Shown: positions 22,183 through 33,995, counted from the first letter of the stretch. The stretch: 34,047 nucleotides of DNA from Octopus bimaculoides (GCF_001194135.2 NC_068986.1:109730324-109764370), one strand, 5' to 3'. Translations and numbers: made by a program. Notes: generated by a model from the sequence alone, not told the origin.

Positions 22183-22305
22183 CAAATTCACTCACAAGGA
22201 TTTGGTTAGCCCAGGGAATATAGTATTAAGTATCTGCCTGAGTTCCCCCACAGAGGGATTGAACCTGAAGCCACCTGGTTGTGAAGCAAGCTTCTTAACC
22301 ACACA
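22183..22305 (-). mobile_element. Family C SINE 5' fragment
   Basis: ttcactcacaaggatttggt...gggattgaacc...gcaagcttcttaaccacac. Confidence 0.7.
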
Positions 22306-22641
22306 CTGAGTCATAAAAAAAAAAAGAAACAAAGTACATGCAATATATAGCTGAATATTTTTAGGGCCACCCCAGTGTTGTGTCCTGGCAGACAGTCTTT
22401 GAGTTAATCAGTATTCTAAACTAACAGAAACATAATTTTCCCAAAGGTGAATGACAGAATCCATTTGAGAAAAGAAATCCTGCCATTTTCCCATTGTTGG
22501 ATAAAGTTACAATTAGGACAAAAGATTACTTGTACACACCTTTAATTATATCTCATAACTATACAAACAATTTACACCTGTCTTCTTTTCACATACTCCC
22601 ACCTATCCATACATAATGTGAGGTAGGATAACCATGTAGTG

Positions 22642-22860
22642 TAGGCACATAGCTTAGTGGTTAGGGTGTTGGACTCATGGTTCGATTCCTGGATCAGGCA
22701 ATGTGTTGTGTTCTTGAGCAAAACACTTCATTTCATGTTGCTCCTGTTCACTCAACTGGTAAAAAAGAGTGATCCTGCGAAGGACTGGCATCCTATCCAG
22801 GGTAGAATGTATACACTAGAGAAACTGGCTCTATGCACCTTACAGTGCAATGTGGACTAA
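22642..22860 (+). mobile_element. Family E tRNA-headed SINE with a V-domain-like segment
   Basis: A-box-like tagcttagtggttagg, B-box-like ggttcgattcc, then gttcttgagcaaaacac and cctgcgaaggactggcatcctatccaggg. Confidence 0.6.
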
Positions 22861-24399
22861 CCAGGGTAACCATATGGGTCTTCTATAGTGAAACACCTGT
22901 CCCTGTCCCTCGATCATACTTTAGCTTCTCACTACATGGCATAGGTTTACCTCTTTGTCTTCTATGACCTCACTCAGCTGAAAGGTCTTTTTCTTTGTTT
23001 TACAAGGTACTTGATAACCCCACTGATGCTGGGGGTTGAGGAAAAAAGCATCCAGTACACTTTGTAAAGTGGTTGGCATTAGCAACAGCCTCAAACCATA
23101 TAAACCATGCCAAAACAGAAACCAGGGGCTCAATGCAGTTTTCTCACTTGTTAGATCTTCTCACTTGTTAGACCCTCTCAAAGCTGGGTCCCTGTGTCTA
23201 AGTCCACCTGGGCTCTGGAGCAAAATAATAAATAATTGTATATACAGATCAAGAGTAACAATCACAGGCAAATTAACAAGCAGAATCACCTGCATCTTCT
23301 TTTTCTATGCATGTGGTTTGTTATTGTTTTACCTGGAATCCAGCGGTGAGGATGTTTAACCTGTTCCCATTATAGCAGGAATACAGCATGACAGGGTTAA
23401 GCTGTCCAACCTCTGCCAGCATGGAAGACGGTGGCATGGGTTGAACGGATGCTGACTGATGATGCTGATGATGCAGTCTTGTTTATGTGATGCAATTGGA
23501 TTATTTCACATCTATTTTCTGGTGCGCTCCACTGCTTATCCACTGTTCTCCCTATATAGATCAGGTGGCTGATCAGGTATTAACTGTAACATGACCTGTT
23601 TATTGAGTTTTTCAATAAAACTATGAAATAAAGTCTGTGTTTGTTTATTGCCTTGAAAAACAACTTCGGCAACAACAAGGAAATTATTTCTAAATAATTT
23701 TTCCTTTATTCAAACTGATTTACAACAAAAATAAAAACAGATAAAAAAAATAAACAGAACAATGCTTCTTCTGAACAGAGGCAAAAACTATTAAACTTAA
23801 TCTATTAAACTTAATCTATGCCTGCATCTGTCAGTAAACTAGGATTATTTTCCAAAACACATTTCAACAATCTCACACTAACAGATACTAGAGAGATATA
23901 GAAGCTAAAATCTCAACAGTCAACTAGCAAGATTCCAGTTCTCTGGTGGTACTATTACTATTAATTGATTAATTATGAAAAGATTTTGCTTGGCAGGAGA
24001 AGTGAGAGAACCTAACAAGTACTTCTCTATCCATGTATTGAAAAATTAATTATAAATCTCCCTCGTATCAAACTTTTACATTTATTTTTACAAAATATTG
24101 ATTATTCACTTATCATAAATCGACTACTTAGAGATGCTATCTGTATGAAATACAATAATTAAATTACTGCTAATATATTTTGATGCAGTGTGCATAAAAA
24201 TGCTAATTAAAAGCAACTATGTGAGTGAAGAAAAAAAAACAGTCAATGACAATAATAATATTGATATTATTTTGACAAATAAAGGAGACAATTGCAGATG
24301 TTTCAGCCTTATTATGAACTCATCAACAGAAATATGGCACCAATCATACATGAGCAACTCAATTGGTAGTGTTATACATTATAAAATCACAGTCTTGAC

Positions 24400-24567
24400 A
24401 GATACCAGTGTCACACAAATGGCACCTGTTAGGAAGGGCATTCAGTCATAAAACCATGCCAAATCAGACTGGAGTCTGGTGCAGCCTTCCAGCTTCCCAG
24501 CTCTGGTCAAAACATCCAACCCATTCCAGCATGGACAGCGAATGCTAAATGATGAGGATGATGATAT
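24400..24567 (+). mobile_element. Family B tail
   Basis: ttaggaagggcattcagtc...ccattccagcatggac...aaatgatgaggatgatg. Confidence 0.85.
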
Positions 24568-25609
24568 ATGGTAATATTTATATTCCACGAAAAGTGGATG
24601 TTGTGTTAGAACACAGAATACTACATTATTTACCACAAGAGGACCTCTCTCTCTCTCATATGGGTTTGTGATGCATAAAAACACTTGTGTTTATGTTGCT
24701 GACTGGTGATAACTCTCTACTACAGCTGTCAACAGCAATATAAAAAGTGTGCAATATATACAGTAGGGAAAAAAATAAAAATAAATAGATGATACACTGC
24801 AATGCTTCTTGGTTGTATGTGATCATTGAGAAGACAAAAAATGCAGCCCTTTGTCCCCTGAAACAATGACAAATAGCCAGAAATTCTGAATAGCAACAAA
24901 ATGAATCATCAGCTTTTTTTTTTTTTCAAAATGTCTATTGTATGAATATGCCTACATAATATGAAAGATAGTTTCTCATCTCACATATAACAGGTTTTGA
25001 ATTGCACTTGAAATAAATCCATTGTATCTATTATGTCTTGCACCTCAGTCTGCTTAAGATTTTGAAGTTTAGTTTTATAACAAATGACAAAATGATTTTT
25101 CTAGTTTTATTATGACATTTGCAGAGCTTTTGGTTCGTTTCTTTGTGTTTTGTTTTGTTCTTTTTTTTCCCTTGTAACTCAACTGAACTATTTTTGTTTA
25201 TTATGTTTTTTTAAAAGACAGAATGGACATTTGTACAAAAGCTCTTCTAACTTTCTAACCAAATACTTTTCTTTCAAGGTGACACATATGCAAAGAGAAC
25301 ACTAATATATGAATGCAGTATTTAGTTCGGAATGTCTTATTCCAGTCTGTTGAAATAAACTATAATGATGATGATTGCTTCTATTCAGTACTAATTCACA
25401 AGTATACTTACCAAATAAATGAGAATTATAGCTGTGTGTGTGTGTGTAGTCTACAAAGAAAAACCAAACTTATTTCCTAAATTTCATGTTAAATTATTTA
25501 GATAAGTGCTTCCATTGGAACTGGAGAAATTATGAGACCCAAGAATACAAGGCACCAAACAACAGCAAAGAACAGTCACAAAAATTCCTGTGGAATATTT
25601 AAATGCAAG

Positions 25610-25832
25610 AAGGCAGGGAGCTGGCAGAAACGTTAGAACGCCGGGCAAAATGCTTAGCGGTATTTCGTCTGTCTTTACGTCCTGAGTTCAAATTCCGCCA
25701 AGGTCGACTTTGCCTTTCATCCTTTCGGGGTCAATAAATTAAGTACCAGTTGCATACTGGGTCGATCTAATCGACTGGCCCCCTCCCTCCCTCAAAAAAT
25801 TTCGGGCCTTGTGCCTAGAGTAGAAGAGAATA
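25610..25832 (+). mobile_element. Family A SINE, tail type 1, well preserved
   Basis: ggagctggcagaaacgttag...gagttcaaattccgcc...cctttcatcctttcggggtc...ggccttgtgcctagagtagaa. Confidence 0.92.
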
Positions 25833-25865
25833 TTTAAATGCAGGAATACAGAAGAGTCTTTATCT

Positions 25866-26073
25866 TGCTTTCAAATTCTGGCACAATGCCAGCAAGTTCG
25901 GGGGGAGGGGCTAAGTCGATTACATCGACCTCAGTGTTCAACTGGTACTTATTTTTAAGGACCCTGAAAAGATGACAGGCAAAGTCGACCTCGGCGGAAT
26001 TTGAACTCAGAACGTAAAGACAGACGAAACACCGCTAAGCATTTCGCCCGGCGTGCTAACGTTTCTGTCAGCT
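25866..26073 (-). mobile_element. Family A SINE, tail type 2
   Basis: tttcaaattctggcacaatgccagc...gtcgacctcggcggaatttgaactcag...gtgctaacgtttctgtcagct. Confidence 0.92.
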
Positions 26074-26916
26074 AGATACTTTGAAGAATCTTTATATCAA
26101 CATTGATGTGAAAAAAATTTAGAACTGTAAATATCATTAAATATATAGATATTTACAAGTATGTGTGTGTTCAAAGAGAGAATGAATGAACGAGAAAAGA
26201 GAAAATACTATTGGTCATTTAGAAACCTATTCCACCACCACCACCATTTTTACCGTTTACTTTTTTCAAGCTTTCTACACATGAAATGTACTGAAACCAA
26301 TTTACTTAAAAAACTAAAGTCACAAGCAAGTCAAACGACACCCCACACATTAATTGTAACATTGTGCGACAATCTCTGGAAATACCTGCAACACGAACAG
26401 GTATTATTGAGATATAAATGCTTTTAGATATGATTGTTTGTCTTGTAAAGTGTCTCATAAAAGCTATGAAAGACGAAGACAAAACAAAGATAAAGATTGT
26501 TTATCAAATAGAGCGGCTTTACTGGTATGAAGTGTTTCAAGTCTGGAAACAAAACCCATAGAAATGAGTGCAACAAGTTGATATGCCGTGAATGTAAGGT
26601 TAGGTAAAAGTTTACACGTGTACAGGTGTGTGTGTATACAGGCCGCGCGCACGCATACAGAGACAGAGAACTGGCAGTGACCCATTAAGCGACTTGAGTT
26701 AGGGATGTCGATGTTTTTTTTCGTCTCGAGGTCAAATTGAAATGAGGTTAAAAGTAGAGAACAAATAAAATTCTTGAACTCTATCAAAACAACGAAAAGG
26801 CAAAAAAAAAAAAAGAAAGAGTAAATTATTTTTCTTCGTTCTAAGGGGGACCTCCTCGTGTTTTTTATAATGTTCCTTAACAACGAATCCATTAACCTTT
26901 TCTTTTGTGTACCGTA

Positions 26917-27647
26917 NNNNNNNNNNNNNNNNNNNNNNNNNNNNNNNNNNNNNNNNNNNNNNNNNNNNNNNNNNNNNNNNNNNNNNNNNNNNNNNNNNNN
27001 NNNNNNNNNNNNNNNNNNNNNNNNNNNNNNNNNNNNNNNNNNNNNNNNNNNNNNNNNNNNNNNNNNNNNNNNNNNNNNNNNNNNNNNNNNNNNNNNNNNN
27101 NNNNNNNNNNNNNNNNNNNNNNNNNNNNNNNNNNNNNNNNNNNNNNNNNNNNNNNNNNNNNNNNNNNNNNNNNNNNNNNNNNNNNNNNNNNNNNNNNNNN
27201 NNNNNNNNNNNNNNNNNNNNNNNNNNNNNNNNNNNNNNNNNNNNNNNNNNNNNNNNNNNNNNNNNNNNNNNNNNNNNNNNNNNNNNNNNNNNNNNNNNNN
27301 NNNNNNNNNNNNNNNNNNNNNNNNNNNNNNNNNNNNNNNNNNNNNNNNNNNNNNNNNNNNNNNNNNNNNNNNNNNNNNNNNNNNNNNNNNNNNNNNNNNN
27401 NNNNNNNNNNNNNNNNNNNNNNNNNNNNNNNNNNNNNNNNNNNNNNNNNNNNNNNNNNNNNNNNNNNNNNNNNNNNNNNNNNNNNNNNNNNNNNNNNNNN
27501 NNNNNNNNNNNNNNNNNNNNNNNNNNNNNNNNNNNNNNNNNNNNNNNNNNNNNNNNNNNNNNNNNNNNNNNNNNNNNNNNNNNNNNNNNNNNNNNNNNNN
27601 NNNNNNNNNNNNNNNNNNNNNNNNNNNNNNNNNNNNNNNNNNNNNNG
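26917..27647. other. Assembly gap (others: 3348-3362, 7702-7801, 15414-15430, 29266-29368, 30491-31429)
   Basis: N runs. Confidence 1.
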
Positions 27648-27746
27648 AAGCCTAGTACTTATTCTATCCGTCTCTTTTGCCGAACCGCTAAGTTACGGGG
27701 ACGTAAACACACCACCATCGGTTGTCAAGTGATGCTGGGGGGACAA

Positions 27747-27809
<63 letters not shown>

Positions 27810-27989
27810 CATATATACATATATACGACGGGCTTCTTTCAGTTTCCGTCTACCAAATCCACTCACAAGGCTTTGGTCGACCCGAGGCTATAGTAGAAGA
27901 CACTTGCCCAAGGTGCCACGCAGTGGGACTGAACCCAGAACCATGTGGTTGGTAAGCAAGCTACTTACCACACAGCCACTCCTACGCCT
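27648..27989 (-). mobile_element. Family C SINE, CpG-rich (young), 3' end lost in gap
   Basis: Reverse complement of the head, CORE-like block, internal microsatellite and 3' body. Confidence 0.92.
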
Positions 27990-28238
27990 AATATATAATA
28001 TTATAAATAAATAAATAAAAAAACAAAATGCCACAAACTTACAGATGGCAGTTTCCTTGTTGCACTTATGCTCTCGCTGTTTTCAGCTTATCAAACATAC
28101 ATTTTATATGGTAATCCGTACAGAGCTATTGTTTTTAGTGGTGTTATTGATTATTTCCGGTTTAGTTACAGATTTAGAATTTTTTATAAAATATCTTTCC
28201 TTTGATATTTTTTAGTTATTTTCTGCTTAAATTTTGTA

Positions 28239-28500
28239 GAGGAGAAATATGCCCTCAACAATAATGAAGACAAAAGAATTGGTCAGTCGTACATTTTCCC
28301 AGCCAGTTTCACAGGAAGCCAAAATTACATGCATAAACAAACTTAGGATGCAGATGTCTTATATCAGAAGCATAGAGATTGCCATATCATTCCATTACCT
28401 GCTTCGCTATGAGCTTTCCTCACGTCAGTGTGACAAAGACTGACAGGACTTCTTGATTAGAAATGTGTCACAACAGCTCATCAAAATGGACTTAATGAAG
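28239..28500 (+). mobile_element. Helitron Rep (helitron_like_N region) remnant
   Basis: ALNNNEDKRIGQSYIFPASFTGSQNYMHKQT*DA/MSYIR..ELSSRQCDKD*QDFLIR resembles the Helitron motif IGQxxILPSSFTGSPRYMHxxTQDAMxYVR. Stops and frameshifts present. Confidence 0.8.
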
Positions 28501-28750
28501 TCAGATTGAAAATAATAAATGTTCAGTAAGTATTAGAACTTAATAATTATTGGGTGGTTTTAATTGCCTCTGTTCGGTAAGATGGTTCCATGGTTTCCAG
28601 AAGGAGAAAAGCATACAGAAATGTGGGTTAAAAAATCCTGTGTGTTTCCTAAGAGCAGCACCGCTACCCTGCTATATACTGAGTATAATTCAACCATTGA
28701 ATGATATGTTATAAGTGTAAATGATGATGATGATGATGATATATATATAT

Positions 28751-29232
28751 ATATCATCATCATCCATCATTTTGAATCCGGGTTTTGTCCCCGTTAACAG
28801 GGATGGCTGGATCTCCCTCAATGCCATAACAACCGCCTTCACATCATCTTGCCCAGTTTTGGGTGTCCTCCCTTCTCAAGCCAACCCTCCCAATCTCCTC
28901 CTCCACCTGTCCCCTCTACATTTTCCTCGATTTACCTCACTTTTACCATCCATTTACCGCAAACTCAACCACCCTCCTCAGAACATGCCCCTTATCCCTC
29001 CTCAGTACATGCCCATACCACCTCACAGCCATTCGCCCTTGCCAACCATTCCACCGTTTCCTCCAACCCCAGCATCCCCATCAAGTCCTCAGTCCTCCTC
29101 TTATCAAACAGCTTCACCCCACCCATTTCTCTCATCATTGCTCTCCCAGTCCTTCTCAAAATTGCCATCTCTCTCTCTCTCTCAAACACCTTGTCTCACT
29201 CCCATACAGCATTGCAGTTCTCACACAACTCC
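28751..29232 (-). mobile_element. RTE-clade LINE 3' end, 5'-truncated, decayed
   Basis: CVRTAMLYGSET../MAILRRTGRAMMR..GLEETVEWLARANG/VRWYGHVLRR..GKSRK..EDTQNWAR, then a short 3' UTR and (ATG)n tail. Confidence 0.9.
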
Positions 29233-29559
29233 TATAGAACTTTTTCCATATAATAATATATATATNNNNNNNNNNNNNNNNNNNNNNNNNNNNNNNNNNN
29301 NNNNNNNNNNNNNNNNNNNNNNNNNNNNNNNNNNNNNNNNNNNNNNNNNNNNNNNNNNNNNNNNNNNNTATATATAGTGTACAACTGTTATATGGTAAAT
29401 ATATGTTGTATCCTTTGATATAATGTACATTTGATATACTATAAATGTATCAATTGTACCATAATGTATGACTGGTATACCATAAAGAAGTATGATATAT
29501 TGTAATGGAAGGACTTGCTGAAGGATTTGCAATCCAATATTTCTTATGACACTTAAAAT

Positions 29560-29779
29560 ATTTATTTCTTTATTGCCCACAGGGGGCAAGCAAGGACAGA
29601 CAAAGGGATTAAGTCGATTACATCGACCCCAATGCGTAACTGATACTTATTTAATTGACCCTGAAAGGAAGAAAGGCAAAGTCGACCTCGGCGGAATTTG
29701 AACTCAGAATGTAATGGTAGACGTAATACCGCTAAGAATTTCGCCCGGCGTGCTAATGTTTCTGCAAGTTTGCCACCCA
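29560..29779 (-). mobile_element. Family A SINE, tail type 3
   Basis: tttatttctttattgcccacagg...aaggacagacaaagggattaagtcgattacatcgacccc...gtgctaatgtttctgc. Confidence 0.9.
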
Positions 29780-29799
29780 AAGCACTCATGTTCGTGCCG

Positions 29800-29996
29800 T
29801 ATAATAAGCACTGGTGCTGGTGCCATTTAAAAAGCATCCATTACACCCTGTAAAGTGGTTGGCATTAGGAAGGTCATCCAGCCATAGAAATCATGCCAAA
29901 GTAGACAATTAGAGCCTGGTGCAGCTCTCCGGCCTTGCCAGCACCTGTCAAACTGTGCAACTCCTGCCAGCATGGAAAATGGACATTAAATGTTGA
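29800..29996 (+). mobile_element. Family B tail
   Basis: gtggttggcattaggaaggtcatccagcc...gccagcatggaaaatggacattaaatg. Confidence 0.85.
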
Positions 29997-31855
29997 TTTT
30001 ATACATACACACACACACACACACACATATATATCTGTGTATCTACCTGCAACATTTATGGAAGGAAGTCTTAATTAAATGTCTGGCATGTTATCTTGCG
30101 TAAAATCTGAAAAGATGTGATGGATAGGTTTCTTTGGGCAATAGAGCTAATAAGTTAACCCAGTTTCACCCAACCTCCTGGCCCTTCAGGTGCTGTTAGC
30201 CCTCTGTTATAAATTTTCAGATCAGGTCTCTTGTCTGGAATTGGCATCTTGAGATACTGCCCATTCTAGTAGCATCTCATGAGCCATGGTTTATTGTCCT
30301 CTTCGTTTCTCCCTAACTGGCATCTGAGACCCTGTCCTTCCCCCTCTGACAAAGGGAAAAACACTGACTTATTCAAGATACTTATTCAAGTGAAGGCACA
30401 TAGCTGAGTGGTTAGAGTGTTGGTTAGTACGTATGGTCAGCAATAACACACACACACACACACACACAAACATGTATGCATAAATATATANNNNNNNNNN
30501 NNNNNNNNNNNNNNNNNNNNNNNNNNNNNNNNNNNNNNNNNNNNNNNNNNNNNNNNNNNNNNNNNNNNNNNNNNNNNNNNNNNNNNNNNNNNNNNNNNNN
30601 NNNNNNNNNNNNNNNNNNNNNNNNNNNNNNNNNNNNNNNNNNNNNNNNNNNNNNNNNNNNNNNNNNNNNNNNNNNNNNNNNNNNNNNNNNNNNNNNNNNN
30701 NNNNNNNNNNNNNNNNNNNNNNNNNNNNNNNNNNNNNNNNNNNNNNNNNNNNNNNNNNNNNNNNNNNNNNNNNNNNNNNNNNNNNNNNNNNNNNNNNNNN
30801 NNNNNNNNNNNNNNNNNNNNNNNNNNNNNNNNNNNNNNNNNNNNNNNNNNNNNNNNNNNNNNNNNNNNNNNNNNNNNNNNNNNNNNNNNNNNNNNNNNNN
30901 NNNNNNNNNNNNNNNNNNNNNNNNNNNNNNNNNNNNNNNNNNNNNNNNNNNNNNNNNNNNNNNNNNNNNNNNNNNNNNNNNNNNNNNNNNNNNNNNNNNN
31001 NNNNNNNNNNNNNNNNNNNNNNNNNNNNNNNNNNNNNNNNNNNNNNNNNNNNNNNNNNNNNNNNNNNNNNNNNNNNNNNNNNNNNNNNNNNNNNNNNNNN
31101 NNNNNNNNNNNNNNNNNNNNNNNNNNNNNNNNNNNNNNNNNNNNNNNNNNNNNNNNNNNNNNNNNNNNNNNNNNNNNNNNNNNNNNNNNNNNNNNNNNNN
31201 NNNNNNNNNNNNNNNNNNNNNNNNNNNNNNNNNNNNNNNNNNNNNNNNNNNNNNNNNNNNNNNNNNNNNNNNNNNNNNNNNNNNNNNNNNNNNNNNNNNN
31301 NNNNNNNNNNNNNNNNNNNNNNNNNNNNNNNNNNNNNNNNNNNNNNNNNNNNNNNNNNNNNNNNNNNNNNNNNNNNNNNNNNNNNNNNNNNNNNNNNNNN
31401 NNNNNNNNNNNNNNNNNNNNNNNNNNNNNCACCCCCCCACACACATTTTACATTCTCTCAAGCTGTAGATCCCTATCATGACATTAACATTAATTTATCA
31501 GCCAGATAAAGAAGTGTATATGTATGTGTTAAGGTTTCACCTACTACTTAGCCTTTCTTAAACTATGGTACTTTATTATGTCAACCGATAAATATTTATT
31601 TTCTAAGAGATGTTACAAGCATGTATATATATTACACATATTTGGGGCTGTTCGGCTTATTCTCTTGTACTTTGTTTCTTTTACTCAAAACACATAACAC
31701 TGTGTTGTTATAAATTAGATATATCATTGTAAGAGTTTTGTTTGTCCACTGAAGATTGTGTAGGCAACACATGAAACATTCATACAGATAATTACTTTAA
31801 CATCTGTACATGTAAATTATGTTGTTTGCAGCATAATTCATGTTTATCTGTACTC

Positions 31856-32057
31856 ATTCTTTTACTTGGTTCAGTCATTTAACTGCAGCCATGCTGGAGC
31901 ACCGCCTTTAGTCAAGCAGATCAACCCCAGGACTTATTCTTTGTAAGCCTAGTACTTATTCTATCTGTCTCTTTTGCCGAACCACTAAGTTATGGGGAGG
32001 TAAATACACTGGGAAACACTGACACACACACACATACATGCATAATACATATATATG

Positions 32058-32110
<53 letters not shown>

Positions 32111-32256
32111 GACGGACTTCTTTCAGTTTCTGTCTACCAAATCCACTCACAAAGCTTTGGTCAGCCCAAGGCTAGAGTAGAAGACACCTGCCCAAGGTGC
32201 CACGCAGTGGGACTGAACTCGAAACCATATAGTTAGTAAGCAAGCTACTTACCACA
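31856..32256 (-). mobile_element. Family C SINE, nearly full length
   Basis: tcttttacttggttcagtc...tcttttgccgaacc..(TA)n..ttctttcagtttc...ggtgccacgcagtgggactgaac...cttaccac. Confidence 0.9.
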
Positions 32257-32639
32257 GACACACACACACACACACACATAATACATTCATACATATACTT
32301 CATTTTTGGATTAACAAGGCTACCACTGGTTTCATGCTGAGAATTCTCAGCAAATATCATGCCTGCTACATGGGACATTGGTATTCATTTTCATCTTGGA
32401 TGAAACTACAGTAGATATACATTTTTACATTTACATATATGCATATAGATAAATAGACAGACAGACAGATAGATAGATACTAACAGATAGTGATATTATT
32501 AAAGGTAGTAAAAGCAGTATATATGTTCATCTGTGAGTTTTGATTTCTTTTAGGTGCAGTATTCCAATGTTCAGAAAATGATGGGCCAGATACCAGTGGC
32601 ATATGGTGGTTGTTACAAGGTATTTTACTGTATTACTTT

Positions 32640-32790
32640 GGCATAAATATTACTCACACTTACCCACCTCAATTCATATTGTATGTCCTCACCCCTGTCC
32701 TTGCATTAATCACTACACCCAATCCTTCTACCTCTCCCAAGTCTCCAGCCTTCTAGAATTCTCTTATGACACATTTTTCAAGCAGAAATC
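32640..32790 (+). mobile_element. Highly decayed CR1/Jockey-group LINE 3' fragment
   Basis: PCINHYTQSF..SL.NSL is similar to the pieces near 10370 and 13500. Confidence 0.45.
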
Positions 32791-32801
32791 ACCAACACCA
32801 C

Positions 32802-32832
<31 letters not shown>

Positions 32833-32852
32833 GTTGTTATTACTACTACTAC

Positions 32853-32962
32853 TGAGTGAGAGAGCAATGCATGCCATCAAAGTAACACTGGGGTAAAATA
32901 TACGAAGCCCAGTATACGCATCATTACTACCTGTCTGATAAGGGGACACCAGGCACATGTTG
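32853..32962 (-). mobile_element. Probable 3' end of an unclassified retroposon with a (TAA)n tail
   Basis: Non-simple 110-bp island bounded by ATT/TAA tracts; minus strand ends ...ctctctcactcag then (TAG)/(TAA)n. Single copy here. Confidence 0.4.
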
Positions 32963-32992
32963 TTATAATAATAATAATAATAATAATAATAA

Positions 32993-33023
<31 letters not shown>

Positions 33024-33029
33024 TATCAT

Positions 33030-33256
33030 TAAGGTGGTGAGCTGGCAGAATCATTAGCATGCTGGGTGAAATGCTTAATGGTATTTAGCTTGTTGCTAGG
33101 TTCTGAGTTCAAATTCTGACAAGGTCAATTTTGCCTTTCATCCTTTTTTTGTTGGGGAGGGGGAATAAAATAAGTACCAGTGAAATACTGGGGTTGATAT
33201 AATTGGCTAGTCCCCTCTCCCAAAACTGCTGCCCTTGCGGCAAAATTTGAAACCAT
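33030..33256 (+). mobile_element. Family A SINE, tail type 2, between (ATT)n tracts
   Basis: taaggtggtgagctggcagaatc...gcccttgcggcaaaatttgaaaccattatt. Confidence 0.9.
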
Positions 33257-33274
33257 TATTATTATTATTATTAT

Positions 33275-33495
33275 TAAGGTGACAAGCTGGCAGAATCATT
33301 AGCACGCTGGGCAAAATGCTTAGTGGTACTTCGTCTGTCTTCACATTTTGAGTTCAAATGCCGCAGGAGTTGACTTTTGCTTTTCATCCTTCCAGGTTCG
33401 ATAAATTAAGTACCAGTTATGCACTGGGGTTGATGTAATCGACTGGTCGCTTCCCCCTCCCCAAATTTCAGGCCTTGTGCCTATAGTAGAAAGGC

Positions 33496-33497
<2 letters not shown>
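33275..33497 (+). mobile_element. Family A SINE, tail type 1, between (ATT)n tracts
   Basis: taaggtgacaagctggcagaatc...aaatttcaggccttgtgcctatagtagaaagg. Confidence 0.9.
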
Positions 33498-33533
<36 letters not shown>

Positions 33534-33929
33534 GGCCTTGGACCAAAATGAATAAGAATTATTAATGTTGGTGGTGGTGGTGGTGGTGTCAACAATGTTT
33601 GGTTACTCTTCAGTTCAATTCAAGGTGTACATCATCAACATCAACATAATCATTATCAATGATAATTAGGTATAAATAAATGGTTGAAGTTTATCTAAAT
33701 TCTTTCCCTCTAATTTACATTGGAACCATTGAAATTGTAAACGTATTCACCTGAGGAAATTATTTCGTTAATTTTCAAACAAGGCTTTATTATTGAAGAT
33801 GATGATGATGATGATGATGATATAGCTTTTAAATAAGAAATAAGAATTTAGTTAACCTTTACTTGTACTAAGAACTAATGGCAAATAATTCAAGTTCTGG
33901 GAGTCTTCTGGAATCAAGTAATTAATATA

Positions 33930-33955
33930 GATGTATGTGTGTGTGCATGTACATT

Positions 33956-33995
<40 letters not shown>

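Noticed and set aside
23150-23830. Short direct duplications (17 bp near 23150, 14 bp near 23790; also near 4750, 17200 and 30365)
   Set aside because: Ordinary slippage duplications with no higher-order structure.
26858-27893. Long ORFs of 265-357 aa here and at 30369-31479
   Set aside because: They are runs of X across N gaps.
30060-30360. Possible Tx1/L1 RT debris on the minus strand
   Set aside because: No motif survived manual translation convincingly.
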